From Pristiophorus japonicus (Eukaryota): DNA of 64,000 nucleotides. This document shows, one piece after another, positions 11,868 through 23,556 of this stretch (position 1 is its first letter; each line of letters begins with the position of its first letter). Location: assembly GCF_044704955.1 (NCBI RefSeq), contig NC_091977.1, positions 492,714,001 through 492,778,000 on the forward strand, written 5' to 3'. The translations under genes and the position numbers were made by a program. The notes below the pieces were generated by a model, which had not been told where the DNA came from, ran no database searches, and was given only the letters and a program-made list of their open reading frames with translations.

Positions 11868-14806
11868 ACCACCTCAAAGACTCCCCCTGTGGGGTTAATG
11901 AACATCTCATGATTCTTTGCCTTACCCTATCCCGGAACCAATGTGCCACAGTCATCAGTGCGTACACCCCAACACTTGATGCATGGATGAGGCTAAAGAG
12001 GGTTTTTATTCCAACCTTGAGACATCTCTGTCTTGCGTCCCCACATTGATCCTCCTAGGTGACTTTAATGCCAGGGTCTGCAAAGACACAGCCCTCTGGG
12101 CAGGCGTGATTGGCAGAGAGGGGATAGGGAAAGTGAACTCCAGAGGTACCCTACTCCTGACAAAATGTCTAGAACATGAACTCCTCATCACCAACACCCT
12201 GTTCCACCAGAGGGACAAATATAAGGCACCATGGCAACACCCTCGCTCCAAACACTGGCACCTGCTTGACTATGTCATTGTCCGAGCCAGGGATCGCAAG
12301 GATGTGCGCATCACCCACGCCATGACAGGAGCTGACGACTGCTGGATGGACCACCGCCTAGTCCGATCCATCATCGACATTAACATAGCCCCAAAGCAAA
12401 GAGGACAGCAGAAGCAGTACCATAAAAAAGTCAATGCCAGGGCATTTAAAGATCCAGCTAAGAGAGCCCTATACAACCAGCGCGTCACAACTAATCTGGC
12501 GTGCCTTGATGACCCTGAGATGCTGAATGCCCACAGCGATTGGTCTGCCCTCCAGGCCTCTATAACCAGTGCCTGTGAAGAGACATTTGGTCACTCAACC
12601 AGAAAACACCAGGACTGGCTTGATGAAAATGATCAGAAGATCCAAGAACTAATAGATCGCAAGTGCAGAGCATTTCTGAGCCTCAAGCAACAATCCAACT
12701 CGAGAGCAGCAAAGCAATGTTACAGACGGCTCAAGGCTGAGGTCCAACAAAAAACCTGGGACCTAAAGAACAGGTGGTGGATGGAGAAAGCACAGGAGAT
12801 ACAACAACTGGCCGACAGCCACGATAAGCGAGGATTCTTCATTGCAGTCAAGGCCACCTACGGTCCAAACTCCCAAGGCTCCCCCCCACTCCTGGCCAAG
12901 AACGGGGAAACACTCATCAAGGACACCGAGGTTGTCAGGGCCCGCTGGAAGGAGCACATCGAAGATCTCCTCAATCGAGATTCTGCCTTTGACTCGAGTG
13001 TTCTCAACTCCATCCCACAGCATGCGACCCGCCACCACCTCAGTGAAACCCCAACGTTGCACGAGGTAGGCAAGGCCATAAAACAGCTCAAGAATAAGTC
13101 TACGGGTGTGGATGGAATCCCTGCTGAGGCGCTAAAGTATGGCGGAGAGGTGCTGTTGGCATGGATACATGACCTCATCTCTCTCATCTGGAGGGAGGAG
13201 AGCATGCCGGGAGATCTCAGAGAAGCAGTGATCATGACCATCTTTAAAAACGGGGACAAGTCCGACTGCGGCAACTACAGGGGAATCACCCTGCTACCAG
13301 CCACTGGGAAAGGTGTCGCTAGAGTTCTCCTCAACTGTCTTCTCCCTGTGGCCGAGGAGCTCCTCTCGGAATCACAGTGCAGATCTCGTCCCCTACAGGG
13401 CACAACGGACATGATCTTTGCAGCGCGACAGCTGCAGGAAAAATGCAGGGAGCAACGCCAGCCCTTATACATGGCCTTTTTCGATCTTACAAAGGCCTTT
13501 GACACTGTCAACCGTGAGGTTCTATGGAGCGTCCTCCTCTGTTTCAGATGCCCTCAAAAGTTTGTCAACATCCTTCGCCTGCTCCACGATGACATGCAGG
13601 CCGTGAACCTTACCAACGGATCCATTACAGACCCAATCCACGTCCGGACCGGGGGCAAACAGGGCTGCGTCATCGCCCCAACCCTCTTCTCAGTCTTCCT
13701 CGCTGCTATGCTCCACCTCACAGTCAACAAGCTTCTCGCTGGAGTGGAACTAAACTACAGAACCAGTGGGAAGCTGTTTAACCTACACCGCCTCCAGGCC
13801 AGGTCCAAGATCACCCCAACCTCTGTCATTGAGCTACAGTACGCGGACGATGCCTGCGTCTGCGCACATTCTGAGCTGAACTCCAGGGTATAGTCAATGT
13901 ATTCACCGAGGCATATGAAAGCATGGGCCTTATGCTTAACGTCCGTAAGACAAAGGTCCTCTACTAGCCTGTCCTCGCCACACAGCACTGCCGCCCAGTC
14001 ATCAAGATTCACGGCGCGGCCCTCGACAACATGGGCCATTTCCCATACCTCGGGAGCTTCTATCCAACAAAAGCAGACATTGATGCGGAGATTCAACATC
14101 ACCTCCAGTGCACCAGTGCAACCAGAAAAAGAGTGTTCGAAAACCAGGCCCTCAAATCTACCACCAAGCTCATGATCTACAGGGCTGTAGTAATACCCGC
14201 CCTCCTGTATGGGTTTGAGGCTTGGACGATGTACAGAAGACACCTCAAGTCGCTGGAGATATATCACCAACGATGTCTCCACAAGATCCTGCAAATCCCC
14301 TGGGAGGACAGGAGTACCAACATTAGTGTTCTCGTCCAGCATTGAAGCACTGACCACATTCGATCAGCTTCGCTGGGCAGGCCACATGGTTCGCATGCCA
14401 GACACGAGACTCCCTAAGAAAATGCTTTATGCGGAGCTCCTTCACGGCAAACGACCCAAAGGTGGGCAGTGGAAATGTTACAAGGACACCCTCAAAGCCT
14501 CCTTGGTAAAGTGCGACATCATCACTGATACCTGGGAGTCCCTGGCCAAAGACCGCCCTAGTGAAGAAAGTGCATCCGGGAGGGCGTTGAGCTCTTCGAA
14601 TCTCAACGCCGAGAGCGTGAAGAGGTCAAGCGCAAGCAGCGGAAGGAGCGTGTGGCAAACCAGTCCCACCCACCCCTTCCCTCGGCGAATGTCTGTCCCA
14701 TCTGTGACAGAGTCTGTGGCTCTCATATTGGACTGTTCAGCCACCAAAAAATTCACTTCAGGAGTGGAAGCAAGTCTTCCTCGATTCCGAGGGACTGCCT
14801 ATGATG
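11868..14806 (+). mobile_element. RTE-clade LINE, 5'-truncated (endonuclease C-half and RT; 636-aa open stretch 11983-13893)
   Basis: LGDFNAR, HWHLLDY, DHRLV endonuclease motifs; FFDLTKAFD, KQGCVIAP, QYADD RT motifs; tail gactgcctatgatga; AATCA duplicated at both ends. Confidence 0.95.
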
Positions 14807-15184
14807 AATCATTAATAAATCCAACAAAGAATTTAGGAGAAATGTCTTTACTCAGAGAGTAGTTAGAATGTGGAACTCACTACCACATGGAATAGTTAAG
14901 GCGAATAGCATAGATGCATTTAAGAGGCAGTTAGATAAGTGTATGAGGGAGAAAGAAATAGAAGGAAATGCAGATAGGATTAGATAAAGTAGGGTTGGAG
15001 GGGGCTCGTGTGGAGCATAAACACTGGCATAGACCAGTTGGGATGGAAGGCCCGATTCTGTGCTGTAAGTTATATGTAATTCTATGCCTACTGTTTCTAT
15101 CAATCTCACTGGCAACTATTTGAAACGGAGCAGACTGTTTGCAACTTTGGTGTTCTATTTGACCCCGATAGAAGCTACCGACCA

Positions 15185-15605
15185 CATATCTGCTCTATCA
15201 CCAAGGCTACCTACTTCCTCTTGCATAACATCACCCGACTCCGACCTTGCCTCAGCTCATCTGCTGTTGAAACCCTCTTCTATGCCTTTGTTATCTCTAG
15301 AATTGACTATTCCAATAGAGTTGACTCCCCTGGCTGGCTTCCCATTTTCCATTCTACATAAACTTATACTCATGCAAAACTCTGCTGCCGATCTTAACTC
15401 ATACCAAGTCCCGTTCACCCATTACCTCTATGCTCGCAGACCTACATTGGCTTCTGGTCTGACAACACCTCAATTTTAAAATTCTCATGCTTGTTTTCAA
15501 AACCTTCCATGGCCTCGCCCCTCCCTTAGCTCTGTAACTTCCTCCAGCCCTACGAGCCTTTGAGATTTCTACGCTCCTCCAATTTCACCATTTTGCTCAT
15601 CCTCT
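15185..15605 (+). mobile_element. L2 LINE 3' ORF2 fragment
   Basis: Degraded SRIDYSN / QNSAA / SPIT / HWL motifs typical of the L2 ORF2 C-terminus. Confidence 0.7.
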
Positions 15606-15749
15606 ATTTTAAACTCTGATTTATTTCTTCTGGCTGTTGCTATAATTCTACATGTTTTTGATGCTTTCCATAGTTTCAAAAGTCTACAGGGAGTGGTGTG
15701 GCAGGTGCTGACGTACTTTGCTGGCGTCAAGGCTTCTGCAGTTGCTCCC

Positions 15750-16455
15750 AGATTTGGGTGCACTAGTAGGCTTTCACTTAGGAGCAGAGGCCATGCAGAG
15801 CAGGACAAGCTGCTAGAAGTGGTAGGAGGAAGAGGGAGGGGTGGGGGGGAAGGGGTCTCAGCAGGAGGCCATATCCATCCAGGGTGTTCAAGGAGCAATT
15901 CTCCTACCTGAACCTCAGCGCCAATCTGCACTTCACTAAGGAGATCATCACTGAAATCTGCCACCTGCTGCAGCCACAACTCCAACCTCAGCGCAGGGCA
16001 AGGACCGCATTGCTAGTGGCTATGAAGGTGACTGTGGCTATGAACTTTTATACATGTGGCTCCTTCTAGGCTGGTGCTGGAGATATTAGCAACATCTCGC
16101 AGTTTGCAGTGCACTGTTGCATAAGGCAGGTCATTGAGGCTCTCTCTTTAAAGGGAGATAAATTCATTTCATTCCCTCTTGCCAGAGACCAGCAGGCAGA
16201 GTGAGCACAAGGGTTTGCAAGGTTTGCAGGCTTCCCCATGGTGCAGGGTGCAATCGACTGTACACACTTTGCTTGCCGGTGCCGCATGTCAACTCTGCCA
16301 TGTACCGAAACCGAAAGGAATTCCATTCCCTCAGCATCCCCTGGCATGTGAACATAGGCAGCGCATCAAGCAGGTCAATGTCCGGTATCCTGGCAGTAGC
16401 CATGATGCCTTCATTCTGGGGCAGACTGCAGTGCCAGTTGTATTTCAGCCACTGC
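15750..16455 (+). pseudogene. Harbinger (HARBI1-like) DDE transposase pseudogene, 3'-truncated
   Basis: KVTVAMNFYTCGSF, GDISNISQ, FAGFPMVQGAIDCTH, YRNRKEFHSL and YPGSSHDAFIL motifs with stops and frameshifts. Confidence 0.9.
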
Positions 16456-16499
16456 AGTACTCAGACTTTTGTTGGAAGCTGCATTTGCTGCAATGGCAG

Positions 16500-17765
16500 C
16501 TGAGACATTGGCCATCAGACGCTGCACCATAGTTGGGTCCACAAGTATGTTGATGAGTTGGCCACCAGTTCCATGCTGAAAAGGATGGGCACAAAGCTCT
16601 GTGCAAAGCCCTGTGTCAAGCTGATGGTGACTTCTCCATGCTCCTTAACATTGAATGCAGGCTTTCTGGCAGGCTTCCCAATGCACCAAGCATTTTGTTG
16701 TGTTCATCCATCAGTCTCCTTCTGTAGCCTGGCCCATCGAAGTCCTCATCTGAGTCCTCTGCTCTCCGGCGAGCTGGTACCTACGCTATCCTTTCCCTGT
16801 GCCCTGGTTGTGGTGCACTTGTGCCCGTTGTCTCACCATGTGCAGATCCCGCCTCTATACTATCCTCTAAGATACGCACAGTGTCAGCAGCTGAGTTGGT
16901 GGCTGTGAGTGTGAAATCAAGGGACGAAATGTCTTTATCAACATTCACTTCTTGGTCTTCCTCCACTGCCTGGCCAGTTTGCACTTCTTGGTTATCTGAA
17001 AGGAGAAAGACACAAGGGTACGGTTGTGGTGAGGGGAGGGGGGAAAGTGAAAGGTGCATGCTTACACCATCAGCAGTTTCAAAGTTAGATTGCGGGATGA
17101 GGGGGATGTGGGATGTGAGAAGGAGGATTAGGTTTGAGGAATTCGTTATCTTCAGTAGATTCAGCCCGCTGCTGGCCATGGCCCTTCTGATAATGGCCAA
17201 CACCGTCTGCTTCATGGAGGTTAGAGCTCACAGGCGTGCCTCTCACCCTCCGGTTAGTTCCTGCTGCCTCAGGTTGTGCGCCACCTTCTCCTGTAAGAGA
17301 GAGGGAAGTGTGACAGTGAGTGCGGCTGTCGTGGTTGAATAGCTGGCACTGTGTGCAAGCTGTGAGATGTGGGTGTGAAGCTTGCAATAGTGCTAAGTGT
17401 GTGAGGGTGAGGTGAAGCATATGAATGTTAGGTATGAGTCCTGATTGATAGTTATTGTTGGTAGGTGAGTGATGGGCTGTGGTGATTTGAGCAGTTGATA
17501 GGATGTGGCAATTGAAGATTCATTCACTGACCTTGACCACTCGTGTGAGTTCATTAAACTTCTTGCCGCATGGTATTCTTTGGGTTGCACACCTGGCATT
17601 GACCTCCGCAGCTATCTGCCCCCTCTGCCTTTTCATCGTGTGTCTGGAGGGCTTCCTGACCCCCTGCAGATACAGGATGTCTCTCCTTCTATCCACTTCT
17701 TCCACCAAGACCTCCAGTGCCGCCTCAGAAAACCTGGGTGACCTCTCTCTCCCTCTCTCTCCCAT
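16500..17765 (-). pseudogene. Harbinger Myb/SANT gene pseudogene (exons about 17765-17532, 17290-17150, 16995 downward)
   Basis: MGERGRERSPRFSEAALEVLVEEVDRRRDILY...QIAAEVNA...KKFNELTRVVK then a GT donor; next exon EKVAHNLRQQELTGG. Confidence 0.82.
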
Positions 17766-18349
17766 GTTCAGCCATTCAGGTCAGATTCAGCTCGCCAAGC
17801 ATTCACAGCACCTGCTCCAGCCATACAAAGATGTCGTGCTTCCTGCATTATATCAAATGGGCATGGGGTGATCGCATATCGTGATCTCTGTGCACTTTTT
17901 GGGGGGCTATCCAATTTAGCCCCCAATGGATCGACCCTCATACACCTGATCGAAACATAATTCTGACTTATGCAAGCATTCCAAATGAAACTCATTCATT
18001 TCCAATGTCTAGAATTCTGGATCCAATCATGATATGTACATACAGAGTTCGAATACTGGTATGTAACATTCCCTAATTATTCCGTTTTTAATACTCAGCA
18101 GACCAAGTACAGCCAGATTCACCCAGTTATATCAGACCCCTTTGATATAAAGTATGTTTTTGTTGAGACTCACTGAATGAGAGATTTAATGGGCTGCAGT
18201 ACAAAGGTTTGCAAATAGCTCATTATGTTTTATGAGCCACAGGTTATTCAAATTGTCATCCAATTACAACAGTCCTTGGCAAAGTAAGAAAAAGCACAGG
18301 AAAAAGCCCAATATTTTCACTTGAATCCAAGCCAACGAACTATCTGCTC

Positions 18350-18812
18350 ATTATAGAATCACAGAATGGTTACAGCACGGATGAAGGCAATTTGGCCCGT
18401 GGAACCAGTGCCGACTCTCAGCTATTCCCACTCCCCTGCCCTTTCCTCATAGCACTGCAAATATTTTTCCTTCAGATACTTATCCAACTCCCTATTAAAA
18501 GATAAAATTGAGTCTGCCTCCATCACCCTTTCAGGCAATGTATTCCAGATCTTAACCACTCACTGTGTAAAAAAGTTTTTTCTTATGTCACCATTTGTTC
18601 TTTTGCCAATCACTTTAAATCTGTGTCCTCTGGTTCTCGACCCTTCTGCCACATGAAACAGTTTCTCTCTACCTACCCTGTCCAGACTCCTCATGATTTT
18701 GAACACCTCTATCAAATCTCCTCTCAATCTTCTCTGCTCTAAGGAGAACAACCCCAGCCTCTCCAGTCTGTCCCCATAACTGAAGTCCCTCATTCCTGGA
18801 ATCATTCTCGGA
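18350..18812 (-). mobile_element. CR1 LINE 3' fragment
   Basis: LFSLEQRRLRGDLIEVFKI...KNFFTQ plus CR1 3' UTR. Confidence 0.9.
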
Positions 18813-19168
18813 ATTCTTCAATCTCGTCTTTCTCTACAAAAACTTTGAGAGGCATATTTGAGACATTGGGCTCCCGGCATAAACCTTGAGGTGAGACTGA
18901 TCAGAGCACATAGTGGGAATTTAGCACTTCCCACTGACCTTCACGGCAGAATTCCTGATATGTGCTGCCATCATCTGAAGTGCTGTGACGGGAGAACTAA
19001 TTCATAAGATCTATACTCTAATTTTTTCTTTAACCCTATTTTTCTACTTGAGTGACTTCCCTTGGTAACTTGATTCCACAGATCCTTGTGCTAAAATGTT
19101 TTCTCCAGCTTCCCTTCTTACTCCTAATTTCCCCATAGTGAACAATTTATCTGGACCTTCAACTCAAA

Positions 19169-19340
19169 GAGCTTGAATCTCCTTTTGGGTTTTTCCATTT
19201 GTCCGACATAACTTTGGTGGCGAATCCAGGTAAAAACCCCATAGAAAAGCATAAAACCCGTTTACACACCGGTGTTTCTGCAGATCTTCCGCTGAAGTTA
19301 CGGCAGACAATCAGGAGAATCCCCACAGAAATTCAATCCC
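19169..19340. mobile_element. Palindromic MITE (172 bp) with Harbinger-like ends
   Basis: Imperfect hairpin (cataacttt...aagttacg); ends gagcttgaat/attcaatccc; 3-bp AAA flanks both sides. Confidence 0.6.
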
Positions 19341-20670
19341 AAATTGTCTTCTTTCCTGAAAAAACAAAGTCTGTTATACCCTTTCAGCATAAATCCAGTA
19401 TCTGATACGCTGGATATTTTCATTATTTAGCTCTGTACTTAAGCATAGTAATATCCTTTATTTGATTAGGTGGCCTCAACTGTACACAGTAACCATGTGT
19501 GAAGTAATCCTACGTTTTGTCAGTATCGAACCGTTTCTCACTGTGATTGACAGGATCTTTAGAGTGCAGAATGGGGGAAACTTGCCAATGTTTTATTCTT
19601 GGACCTTCATTGTAAAGTCCGAAGCTCCGGAAAAAGCTCGGTAGAATGGAATGGCACTTTTGTGTTACAAAGTTTCATACAGGCTTGTTATTTTCCACCA
19701 GAAACGCCTTCGTCCCACATAAATGGAGTTGAACTTAAACTCCACAGATGCCAGCAAAGTACTTCATCCTGGAGGTGCTCAACACTCTCTCAATATTATA
19801 GTGGAAGATTTGCTTAATGGGCTCTTTTACAGAGCATGAACACTCATTTCTTTCATGGAGAAACATGTCGATGATACATGCCAAGGTGTTCCACTCCAGG
19901 ACATTAATATTGTTACCAGTTTAAACTTTTGCTTCAGATATTCTTTCAGGTACAGTAGTGCTAATCATTCCAGTAAGTGGTCTGAGTGTCTCATATTTGG
20001 CCTGTGCCCATGCTGCCCAATATCTAACTTTATGCTCTTCTTAAACCACGAGTGTAACGAATGGACCCTCTTGTGATCTGAACTGGATGTTGTATCATCC
20101 TCAAACGTTCTCCTCCAGTCCTTTTGAAGGTGAACTGAGAAACACTTGGTTAAACAAGGCCAGATACAAATCATTATTTCACAGCTAGCGAGTGATCAGT
20201 AAATGTAAATTTCACTTAAATCATTCTATTTCATTTCTCTTTTAAAAAAAAATGACCAAGAGTTCTCATTTTTGCACTGACTCCAATTTTGCCATATATT
20301 TCTGTCTAGACAGCTTCTAATTGCAGGACTTGACCTTTTGTATTTTTAGCTCCCAGCTCCAGGCCAAGAGCTAAGCCTTGCAGTTCTTGCTAAAAACCTG
20401 ACTACCTCTTGAACATGACTCCAGAGAGCAGGAAGGCAATGGTGCTGCACCTTCCAGGGATTGGCCAGTAGGCCTGTCAACCAGTCTCATTACCTCCTCT
20501 CACTGGAGTATATTCCTCACAGACACCTCATGTGTGCCCAAATGAATAGAATTGACCTCATAACAATTGATGTGAATATTATTTGGCTATCTACAATGAG
20601 ATGATTAATCGCTTAAGGCCTGTGGTCATCCTGGATACTGGACCAGGGATGAGACAATAGATTCTCATTG

Positions 20671-21090
20671 TCATCATCATCATAGGCAGTCCCTCGGAAT
20701 CGAGGAAGACTTGCTTCCACTCTTAAATTGAGTTCTTAGGTGGCTGAACAGTCCAATATGAGAACCACAGTCTCTGTCACAGACAGTTGTTGAGGGAAAG
20801 GGTGGGTGGGGCTGGTTTGCTGCATGCTCTTTCCGCTGACTGCGCTTGATTTCTGCATGCTCTCGGCGATGAGACTCAAGGTGCTCAGCCCCCTCCCGGA
20901 AGCACTTCCTCCACTTAGGGCGGTCTTTAGCCAAGGACTCCCAGGTATCAGTGGGGATGTTGCACTTTATCAGGGAGGCTTGGTGGGTGTCCTTGTAATG
21001 TTTCCTCTGCCCATCTTTGGCTCATTTGCCGCGAAGGAGTTTTGAGCAGAGCACTTGCTTTGGGAGTCTCGTGACTGGCATGCGGACACT
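20671..21090 (-). mobile_element. RTE LINE 3' fragment
   Basis: Reverse complement of the RTE tail (tcatcatcataggcagtccc) and AKDRPKWRK...GLFSH. Confidence 0.92.
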
Positions 21091-21214
21091 GTATCCATTT
21101 GAAATAGACGGTGAGTTGTGGCATTGTCCAAACTGGATCGTCTGGCTTTATTACACATTCTCCAATTCCTGTAACCTGTGGCCATCTTTTTTTTCAAACC
21201 TGCGCAAATTGAAT

Positions 21215-21372
21215 TGTTAGGAATTTCCTCATGGCTTATTCAGTTCTGCCACCGTAACTTTGACAGATGTTTAGCAGAAACCCGATTAATGCAGGTAGGC
21301 AAGCAGGGTTTCTGACCAACTATTGCCAAAGTTACGGTGACAGACCAGGAGATGCCCCAAGGAAATTCACCC
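21215..21372. mobile_element. Palindromic MITE (about 160 bp)
   Basis: caccgtaactttg...agaaaccc / gggtttctg...caaagttacggtg inverted arms; gaatttcct/aggaaattc ends. Confidence 0.65.
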
Positions 21373-21469
21373 GATTGTTTTAAAACACAACCTGGAAACA
21401 TAATGCAATCCCAAAAATCTTTCCATGAAGAAAAAAATTGCCTTGGGTCAGTAGGTAGCACTCTCTTAA

Positions 21470-22335
21470 ATCATAGAAATTTACAGCACAGCAGGAGACC
21501 ATTTTGGTCCATCGTGTCCGCGCAGCCGACCAGGAGCTATCCAGCCTAATCCCACTTTCCAGCTCTTGGTCCGTAGCCCTGTAGGTTACGGCACTTTAAA
21601 TGCACATCCAAGTATCTTTTAAATGTGATGAGGGTTTCTGTCTCTACCACCCTTTCAGGCAGTGAGTTCCAGACCTCCACCACCCTCTGGGTAAGACATT
21701 TCCCCTCATATCTCATCTAAACCTCCCCCAATTACTTTAAATCTATGCACCCCAGTTCTTGACCTCTCTACCAAGGGAAACAGGTCCTTCCTATTCACTC
21801 TATCCAGGCCCCTCATCATTTTATACACCTCAATCAGGTCTCCCTTAGCCTCTTCTGTTCCAGTATCACCAATCTTTCCTCATAGTCAAAATTCTCCAGT
21901 CCAGGCAACATTCTTGTAAATCTCCTCTGCACCCTTTCCAATGCAATCACATCTTTCCTGTAATGTGGTGACCAGAACTGCACACAGTACTCCAGCTGCG
22001 ACCTAACCAGTGTTTTATACAGTTCAAGCATAACCACCTTGCTCTTGTATTCCATGCCTCGACTAATAAAGACAAGTATTCCATATGCCTTCTTAACCAT
22101 CCTATCGACCTGGCCGGCTACCTTCAGGGATCTGTGGACCTGCACTCCAAGGTCCTTTTGTTCCTCTACACTTTTCAGTGTCATATCATTTAATGTATAT
22201 TCCCTTGCCTTGTTAGATCTCCCCAAATGCATTACCTCACATTTATCTGGATTGAATTCCATTTGCCACAGTTCTGCCCACCTGACCAGTACATTGATAT
22301 CTTCCCGCAGTCCGCAGCTTTCTTCCTCATTCTAA
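21470..22335 (-). mobile_element. CR1 LINE 3' fragment
   Basis: MEFNPDKCEV...LEYCVQFWSPHYRKD; CR1 tail. Confidence 0.92.
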
Positions 22336-22454
22336 ACCACGCAGCCTACGAGTCAAAAGATTGTGGGTTCAAGCCCCACTCCAGAGAATTGAGCAAATAT
22401 TCCAGGTTGACAATTCAATACAGTACTGAGGAGGTGCTGTACATAGGCTTACCG

Positions 22455-23175
22455 AGGATATACGACACAGAAACAAGCCATTCGGCCCAACCAGTCCACG
22501 CCAATGTTTATGCTCCACTTGAGCCTCCTCCCGTCTTGCCTCATCTAAATCTATCAGCATAACCCTCTATTCCCTTCTCCCTCATATGCTTGTCTAGCCT
22601 CCCCTTAAATGCATCCATACTATTCGCTTCCACCACTCACTGTGGTAGTGAGTACCACATTCTCACCACTCCTTGGGTAAAGAAGTTTCTTCTAAATTCT
22701 CTATTGTATTTCTTGGTGACTATCTTATATTGATGGTCTCTAGTTATGCTCTTCCCCACAAGTGGAAATATTCACTCTGTATCCACTCTATCGAAACCTT
22801 TTATAATTTTAAAGACCTCTATTAGGTCACCTCTCAGCCTTCTTTTTTCAAGAGAAAAGATACCCAGCCTGTTCATCCTTTCCTGATATGTATATCCTCC
22901 CATTTCTGGTATCATCCTTGTAAATCTTCTCTGCACTCTCTCCAGTGCCTCAATATCCTTTTTAGAATATGGCAATCAGAACTGTATGCAGTGTGGTCCA
23001 ACCAAGCCTCGATACAGGTTTAGTACAACTATTTGTACTCTGAGATCCCTTTGTTCCTCTACCTCACGTAGACTCACACCCTCCAAGTAATAAGTGACCT
23101 CTCTATTTTTCCTACCAAAATGTAATACCTCACATTTATCTGTGTTGAACTTCATTTACCAATTATTTGCCCATA
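22455..23175 (-). mobile_element. CR1 LINE 3' fragment
   Basis: LERVQRRFTRMIP...RRLRGDLIEVFKI. Confidence 0.9.
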
Positions 23176-23176
23176 C

Positions 23177-23491
23177 CTGGTTCACTACTGTCCTATAGGG
23201 AAGGAAATCTGTCATCCTTACCTGGTCTGGCTTATATATGACTCCAGACCCACAGCAATGTGGTTGACTCTGAAATGGCCTAGCAAGCTATTGAGTTGTA
23301 CAGAACTGCTACCAAAAGCAATAATAAGAATAAAACCGGCATCGACCTCGACACCAGTTGCGGACACAACAACGGCACACCCAGCCCAATCGACCCTGCA
23401 AAGTCCTTCTCACTAACATCTGGGGACTTGTGCTGAAATTTGGAGCGCTGTCCCACAGCCTAGTCAAGCAACAGCCTGACATAGTCATACT
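23177..23491 (+). mobile_element. 5' fragment (endonuclease start) of the same LINE family as 43852-48535
   Basis: LLTNIWGL...KQQPDIVIL and upstream ccttacctggtctggc, matching the reverse complement of about 48200-48530. Confidence 0.75.
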
Positions 23492-23556
23492 GTGGTTGGA
23501 GCTGGTCAGAGGCTCGCCGCCGTTGAGACCGCCGGGGATCGGTTGGAGCAGCTGAG

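Larger units (their letters stand above)
6290..15085 (+). mobile_element. Old CR1 LINE ORF2/3' UTR split by four later insertions
   Basis: CR1 ORF2 remnants (YFATVF; DWRTTNVIPIFKKG; QHGF; LQNGQ region; DLIEVFKIMKGFDR) at about 6290-6574, 7352-7532, 10819-11001, 11125-11867 and 14807-15085, ending in the CR1 tail aattctatg. Confidence 0.85.
15700..17923. mobile_element. Degraded two-gene PIF/Harbinger transposon
   Basis: Convergent transposase (+) and Myb (-) remnants; right TIR AATTTAGCCCCC at about 17912-17923; left TIR not found. Confidence 0.85.

Noticed and set aside
15750-16455. Host HARBI1 gene
   Set aside because: Stops, frameshifts, truncation, an adjacent Myb gene and a TIR indicate a decayed transposon.
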